Assembly (NCBI GenBank): GCA_964404855.1
Contig: CAYOLO010000001.1
Span: 30,245-94,244, forward strand
Length of the DNA: 64,000 nt
Reading direction: 5' to 3'
Source: an uncultured Gammaproteobacteria bacterium
GTDB lineage: Bacteria; Patescibacteriota; Microgenomatia; CAYQLK01
The notes below the pieces were generated by a model that had not been told where the DNA came from, ran no database searches, and saw only the letters and a list, made by a program, of their open reading frames with translations. The position numbers were made by a program, and so were the translations under genes. Positions 58,580 through 64,000 of this stretch are shown piece by piece. Each line of letters starts with the position of its first letter. Position 1 is the stretch's first letter.

Positions 58580-58780
58580 TTTTAAAATTACATTCTTTTT
58601 TCAATCTACTTTCTTGGCACTCTAGAGTTTTCTCTAAAGAGAAACAGTTGTTTTTCAATTATCTTCAAAGGCACGTTCAAAATCCCAGCGAGATTTTTCC
58701 CTTTCACTTTTTGTTCGCTCTTTTGCTTATGCAAAATCCGTGCCCGCTTACAAAAAGAGATCCACTAAAGCAAATTGGTA
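58580..58780. repeat. Modular structured intergenic repeat, copy E
   Basis: ttcaatctactttcttggcac, gcgagattt..ctttcactttttgttcgctcttttgc, tgcccgcttacaaaaagagatccactaaa. Confidence 0.82.
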
Positions 58781-58862
58781 GACGTAAAAGAAAGGGAGAG
58801 GGAAAGGAGGGAATTTATTTGCTTAGGCAATAAGTCTGAAATAATGATACTATTGGCGCCTT

Positions 58863-59414
58863 ATGAGAAACTTTGATCGCGACAACAATTCTGGTGGAAG
58901 AAGAGATTTTGGCAGACGCGATTTTGGCGGAGACCGCAACCGCGAACGACCACAAATGCACGAAGCAATTTGTGACTCTTGCGGCAAAACATGCCAACTC
59001 CCCTTCAGACCAAGTGGTGACAGGCCAGTTTATTGCAGCGACTGTTTTGCCAAAAATCATGGTGCTGAACCACGAAGAAATTTTGACCGTAACGAGAGAA
59101 GAGATGATAGAGGTGGAAACAGACCTCCTTTTAGGAAGTTTGATAACGACTCAAGTGGCAAATCTTTAAGAAAACTTCAGTTCGAAGCACTTGATGCGAA
59201 ATTGGACAAAATCCTTGCCCTACTCTCGGCTAATAACACAGTTGTTACTAAGCCAGTCGTAGTTCCTGCTCCAAAGAAAAAATCCGAACCAAAAGCTAAA
59301 CCTGTTGTAGAAACAGCGCCTGAAGTGGCTGTTACAGAACCGGAAATAGTTACAACCGAGCCGGAAGTAATTACAGAAGTTGTTGAGAAAAAGAAAAGAG
59401 TAGCTAAAAAATAA
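58863..59414 (+). CDS. CxxC-x17-CxxC domain protein
   Basis: CDSCGKTCQLPFRPSGDRPVYCSDCF. Confidence 0.88.
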   Translation: MRNFDRDNNSGGRRDFGRRDFGGDRNRERPQMHEAICDSCGKTCQLPFRPSGDRPVYCSDCFAKNHGAEPRRNFDRNERRDDRGGNRPPFRKFDNDSSGKSLRKLQFEALDAKLDKILALLSANNTVVTKPVVVPAPKKKSEPKAKPVVETAPEVAVTEPEIVTTEPEVITEVVEKKKRVAKK

Positions 59415-59440
59415 TCTAGCTAACGTAAAGTGAATACAAT

Positions 59441-62400
59441 TTAAGTATTCAAAAAAACTACATCTCTGTAGTGTTCGTAAACAAAGTTATACACCTCATT
59501 GCCTTTTATCTCGCAATCTTTTTCCGTGTAAGTTGGTTCAGGAAGGTAGCTGTATAAGATATCTGATATCGTTGTTCTAACGCCAGCGCGTGCAATTTCT
59601 TTTTCTCTCCAATCAATAACAAGTTTTTCTTCTTTAAGTTTTGCTAAAAGTTCCTTTGATGTTTTCTTTACCCTGTCTCGTTCGTCTGGATTTAATTGAT
59701 CTTTTTTTAGAAGATCAAAAATTGCAAGTTCTTCTTCTGTAAGATTCTCCTTCACAGATCTTTGTTCTTCTTCGGACAACTCCTTGGCAAGTTCTACGAG
59801 ATCATCAAAGAGTTGATCAATATCATGAGCTCCACTGTTATACATATCTAAAAGTTTAGTAAAGCGCTCCATGAATCTTGCACGCATTTTATTTTTCTTT
59901 ATCATTTCAGTAATCTTTTTTTCGATCTCATCTTTGAGTGCTTCGACCTGAAGATTTTTATTCTCGAGTTTATAGAAAAAATCATGTAATGCATCTGCAT
60001 CAAGTAGGCTCAAGTCCTTTAATCTCTTGTACTGTGGAATTACATATTCTCCAGCTTGAATCGACTTGTCTAGCAATTTTTCAAGATCTCTTTTTACAGG
60101 GGAAGTATCAAAACTTTTCAAACCAATATCTCTAACTCTAGAAGCTATTACGCGAACAGCAGTCACTTCCTCGTAGTAATCTTCCGCATCAGGATCCGGA
60201 AGCACTGCCTGGTAAGCATTATAAAGATCTGAAGATAAATTTAAGAAATCCTTTTTTGTCTCACTGTTTTCGAGGAGCTTATTAGCATAGCTTTCTATAA
60301 GAAGTAATTTTTGTTCACTTGGAGACTCTAGGAGAATAGATATTTCAATTGAAAATTTCTTTAAAAATTCTTTTGTTTGTTTCAAGATATCGTTAAGCTC
60401 AACTAATAACTCTTCTTTATCTTTTATAATTTCGTCATCATCTGTTTTTGTAGATGCATACAGAGCGAGTGCTTTTTCAACATTCTTAAACACACCGATA
60501 TAATCAACAATTATTCCGTTAGTTTTTCCTTCCGCGACTCTATTAGCCCTGGCAATTGTTTGCATAAGAGTATGGTTCTTAAGTGGTTTATCAAGATATA
60601 AAGTAGAAAGTGTGGGTACATCAAACCCCGTAAGCCACATTGCACAGACAAACGCTATTTTTAGATTACTATCGCTTTTTTTGAATTCTTCTTCAAGATC
60701 TTCTTTCTGAATCCTGCTTCTGATTTTTCTCATGTCAATATCAAACGGCTCAAGATCTGCAATTTCATTTTGTGATTGAGAGACTACAACTGCCATGTCA
60801 ACTTTTTCGAGTTTTTCAATCTCATCTTGAATTTTTCCTTGCTGATATTCATCGTCCGTTCTTGATAGATCTAATCTTAATTTATCAAGGTGTCTATCCC
60901 ATTCCTTTTTTACTTTTATATACATACGAACTGCAGTTTTTTTGTCTATTGATACAACCATTGCCTTACCGTCATAGCCTCGACCTATAAAGTGCTGAAC
61001 AATATCCCGTGCAATAGCATTTAGCCTGTCTTCACGAGTTATTAGGTGGTATGCAGTTGAAAATTCTTGCTCCACTTTTTCCTCTTCTTCATCATTCAAG
61101 TCGTAATAATCCATGATTTCAGAAAGATCTTTTTCAAGATCTGGATTTACATTCTCAAGTTTTGCAACTCTGTTTTCATAGAATAGCCGGACTGTCGCAC
61201 CATCTTTAACGGATTGACCGAAGTTATAAACTGAAACATATTCGCCAAAAGTATTTCTAGTTTTTTCCTCGCCATGGGCAAGTAGTGGAGTACCAGTAAA
61301 ACCAATAAATGAAGCGTTAGGCAATGCCTTTCTCATGTTCTGTGCATAGGTATCGTATTGGCTCCTGTGAGCCTCATCAGTCATAACTATGACGTTATCT
61401 CTATCTGATACAGATCCGGCAATATCCTGGAACTTCTGAATAGTGGTGAAGATTTGACGGTGATCTTCCGTGAGTAGTTGTTTTAAATCTTTAATTGAAT
61501 CTGCGCGAACATGTTTTTCGTAGACAGCACCAACATTTGCAAAGTTCTTGTATGCTTGACCATCGAGCTGTTCACGATCTGTAACAACAATAAATGTAAA
61601 GTTACCTGTAATTTTGCGAAAGACCTTTTGAGAAAGGTAAACCATAGCAAATGATTTACCTGAACCTTGTGTATGCCAAAATACCCCTAGCTTTCCGTCT
61701 AGTTCGCGTCTTTTTAATACTCGATCAAATGCTCGATTGACTCCGTAGAACTGAAAGTATCTTGGAACTATTTTCTTTATTTCTCCGAGTGATTCGTCAA
61801 AAAGAATAAAGTTTTCGAAAATATCAAGCATCCTGTTCTTGTCGCAAATACCAGAGATTATTGTTGGTAAATCTGTCTTTGCTGGATCATCTTCACTTGC
61901 GACCTTTTTCCATTCGTTGAAGTATTCAAATGGGGAAGTAAGAGAGCCAAACTTATTTTCAATGCCATTTGAAATAACAATTCCACAGTTGTACCAGAAG
62001 AGTTGAGGGATTGTGTCTTTGTAGTCGCGGATATTATCTCTGTATGCATCAACAAGACTTTTATGAGAAGCTTTCAACTCCAAAAGCATCAGAGGAATTC
62101 CATTGACGAACAGCACTACATCGGGTCGTCTTGTATGCATTTCTCCTACAACCCAAAATTGCGAAACGCATAAGAAATTATTATTGTCCGGGGTTTCAAA
62201 ATCAAAAAACTTTACAGTTTCAGTCTTTGTATTTCCTTCATTGGTTTTTATGTTTACGCTATATCCATCTTTCAATAATTTATATACATCCTGGTTAGCA
62301 CGAACCAGAGTATTATTTGATCTGTCGCGAGTTAACTCGTTTATTGCTTGCTCGAGTGCATCTTCAGGAATTGATGGATTAATTTTCTGGAGAGCCGGAA

Positions 62401-62566
62401 GTAGATATTTCTTAAGGATAACTTCACCCCTGTTATCACGTCCAAGGATCGCATCGTCCTCGTCTTTAAATGCATTTACATGACAATCCTCATCATTCCA
62501 GATTTGCTTGATGAGTTTTATTGCTGTCTGTTCAACTAAATTGTCTTCGTTAAATTGATTGCTCAT
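59441..62566 (-). CDS. hsdR: Type I restriction enzyme R subunit
   Basis: RPD...NGIPL..ELK, WHTQGSGKS, DEAHRSQY, FTGTP, MWLTGFD, QTIARANR. Confidence 0.96.
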   Translation of the reverse strand: MSNQFNEDNLVEQTAIKLIKQIWNDEDCHVNAFKDEDDAILGRDNRGEVILKKYLLPALQKINPSIPEDALEQAINELTRDRSNNTLVRANQDVYKLLKDGYSVNIKTNEGNTKTETVKFFDFETPDNNNFLCVSQFWVVGEMHTRRPDVVLFVNGIPLMLLELKASHKSLVDAYRDNIRDYKDTIPQLFWYNCGIVISNGIENKFGSLTSPFEYFNEWKKVASEDDPAKTDLPTIISGICDKNRMLDIFENFILFDESLGEIKKIVPRYFQFYGVNRAFDRVLKRRELDGKLGVFWHTQGSGKSFAMVYLSQKVFRKITGNFTFIVVTDREQLDGQAYKNFANVGAVYEKHVRADSIKDLKQLLTEDHRQIFTTIQKFQDIAGSVSDRDNVIVMTDEAHRSQYDTYAQNMRKALPNASFIGFTGTPLLAHGEEKTRNTFGEYVSVYNFGQSVKDGATVRLFYENRVAKLENVNPDLEKDLSEIMDYYDLNDEEEEKVEQEFSTAYHLITREDRLNAIARDIVQHFIGRGYDGKAMVVSIDKKTAVRMYIKVKKEWDRHLDKLRLDLSRTDDEYQQGKIQDEIEKLEKVDMAVVVSQSQNEIADLEPFDIDMRKIRSRIQKEDLEEEFKKSDSNLKIAFVCAMWLTGFDVPTLSTLYLDKPLKNHTLMQTIARANRVAEGKTNGIIVDYIGVFKNVEKALALYASTKTDDDEIIKDKEELLVELNDILKQTKEFLKKFSIEISILLESPSEQKLLLIESYANKLLENSETKKDFLNLSSDLYNAYQAVLPDPDAEDYYEEVTAVRVIASRVRDIGLKSFDTSPVKRDLEKLLDKSIQAGEYVIPQYKRLKDLSLLDADALHDFFYKLENKNLQVEALKDEIEKKITEMIKKNKMRARFMERFTKLLDMYNSGAHDIDQLFDDLVELAKELSEEEQRSVKENLTEEELAIFDLLKKDQLNPDERDRVKKTSKELLAKLKEEKLVIDWREKEIARAGVRTTISDILYSYLPEPTYTEKDCEIKGNEVYNFVYEHYRDVVFLNT

Positions 62567-62567
62567 T

Positions 62568-63173
62568 TTATTTCTTTCTTATTCTTTTTACCTCAATAGT
62601 TCCATGATTGTTTCTATCTCTTCCTGAATAGTAATAACCTGTTAATGTATCTTCTTTCTCATCATGTATCAGTTTTGCTGAGCCTTCGTGGATAGACATT
62701 GTTTCAGTTGCGTCATAATTCGGCTCGTTTCTGAAAAAGTAAAATAACGCAACTTTATTATCAATTTCACTTCTGCTGAAATTTTCATGGACACTTACTG
62801 ATTTTGATTCTTTGAAAGTACCGCAAATCTTTATTCTGGTCGCAGTTTGCTCAATCTCAAGTTCAGTTTTTATGTCACTCTTAAAATTGTCGTAAGAGGA
62901 TTTTGCAACACCTTCCCAATTACCATTTAGATCATCAGCAATTACAATTCCTATTTTCTTGAAAAAAGATAGTTTCCAAAGATGATTATTAAAAATCCAA
63001 AAAAATATTGAATACACCCCTATGGTGGAAATTGGTAAATCTACATAAAAAGGAATAATTATCTGATTGTGTTTGAGAAATAGAGTGATTGTATAGGATA
63101 TAGCAACACTTATTCCTATAAGTGCCAAAATAAAATATGTAAACTGTCTGTAATTATCGTTGTTTATATTCAT
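62568..63173 (-). CDS. cap15: CBASS 2TM beta-barrel effector (Cap15 / S-2TM-beta-like)
   Basis: Two N-terminal TMs, DLNGNWEG, IEQT, S.S.S, YFFRNEP, HEG, GYYYSGR; coupled to a CD-NTase. Confidence 0.85.
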   Translation of the reverse strand: MNINNDNYRQFTYFILALIGISVAISYTITLFLKHNQIIIPFYVDLPISTIGVYSIFFWIFNNHLWKLSFFKKIGIVIADDLNGNWEGVAKSSYDNFKSDIKTELEIEQTATRIKICGTFKESKSVSVHENFSRSEIDNKVALFYFFRNEPNYDATETMSIHEGSAKLIHDEKEDTLTGYYYSGRDRNNHGTIEVKRIRKK

Positions 63174-64000
63174 ATTTTTATTTTCCCAAGATAATAATCT
63201 GCTATTTTGGCCACGTAAACGATCAGATTAGTGCTATTCCATGTATTAGAACTGATCAAAGTATCTTGCTCATTTGCACAAATAAAACCACCTATCCTGC
63301 TTGTCTGAATTGCATCGAAAATAAATTGCAGAGTTTTAAGCATACAATCACCATAATTCCCATCAAAGCATGGACTAGAACAGTTATAAAGTAGATTTTC
63401 AATGAAGTAAGATGGAGCAACATCTTCCTCAAGATCTCCATTCTCGACTAGATTGTTACGCATATTCTTGAAAATCCTAATCATATCTTTGAATTTTCCA
63501 TCCGTGTCAATGTTTTTAGATTCACAATTTTTGAGATGTACCTTGGGGAAATTGATAATTTCTTGACCATTAGATGTGTCGTACAGTTTCATCCCCTCAA
63601 CAAAACTTTGATTATCGTGCGATATAAATCTTTTATATAGCTTGTACTGGATACAAGGAACAACGTCTGCATCTTTTCTGTATGTATTTTCATCAACATT
63701 AATGCACTTATCACCCCAATGTACTTCCCCTGAACCTAGTTCATCGGTAAGCGCCTTAAAAACAGCATCTTTAAAGTGCCTAAAACGATAAGAACTGCTA
63801 CTGTAGGAGATCTCGTGCAGAAGTTTCTCGCCTTCTGTTAATTGAGATTTGTCGGAATAAAAAACAGCATTTAGTTGAACTGCAATATCAACATCGCTAT
63901 CAAATCTTACATTTGTGCTATTTGCATAAGATCCTTGCAGGTAGACCTCATAGCCAAAACTCGAAAGATTATATTCCCTTTTTATTTCAATGACAGGTAG
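63170..64000 (-). CDS. cGAS/DncV-like nucleotidyltransferase (CD-NTase, clade E-like), 5' end outside the window
   Basis: Frame open upstream of the tracked ORF: YLQGSYANSTNVRFDSDVDI, DADVVPC, then IINFPKVH, RIFKNMRN, PSYFIENLLYN. Confidence 0.9.
   Translation of the reverse strand, partial: LPVIEIKREYNLSSFGYEVYLQGSYANSTNVRFDSDVDIAVQLNAVFYSDKSQLTEGEKLLHEISYSSSSYRFRHFKDAVFKALTDELGSGEVHWGDKCINVDENTYRKDADVVPCIQYKLYKRFISHDNQSFVEGMKLYDTSNGQEIINFPKVHLKNCESKNIDTDGKFKDMIRIFKNMRNNLVENGDLEEDVAPSYFIENLLYNCSSPCFDGNYGDCMLKTLQFIFDAIQTSRIGGFICANEQDTLISSNTWNSTNLIVYVAKIADYYLGKIKI

Noticed and set aside
46855-58780. Repeats as a CRISPR array or classical integron attC array
   Set aside because: No regular repeat-spacer period, no cas or integrase gene in the window, and no consistent RYYYAAC/GTTRRRY ends

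Overview
AT-rich bacterial DNA that looks like a Patescibacteria/CPR (Microgenomates-like) chromosome. This assignment is an inference from the N-terminally short IF2, the nusA-infB-rpsO-pnp block lacking rimP/rbfA/truB, an AAA-only Lon and many Pro/Gln-rich single-TM proteins. The most striking region is a ~1-20 kb island (with a satellite pair at 26-28.6 kb) of exported predicted copper proteins. It holds 11 paralogs of a Cys-stapled helical protein with a duplicated HxxxH...CxxGxx(H/M) motif (His3 + His2Met ligand set, a candidate new dinuclear copper family), three PHM/DbM-like (SURNod19-like) copper monooxygenase-fold proteins and Cys-less cupredoxins. A Cys-nucleophile alpha/beta hydrolase, a front-end fatty-acid desaturase and an acyltransferase are also present. 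Housekeeping genes occupy 21-30 kb and 36-44 kb. The 44-59 kb accessory region (two arylsulfotransferase-like genes, a haloperoxidase/PAP2-like gene, cupins, a helicase, a two-component system) is punctuated by a modular, self-complementary non-coding repeat family showing compensatory base changes, and by small GC-rich stand-alone transcription units. The window ends with a CBASS pair (CD-NTase + Cap15-like) co-oriented directly upstream of type I hsdR. No rRNA, convincing tRNA or CRISPR array was seen.
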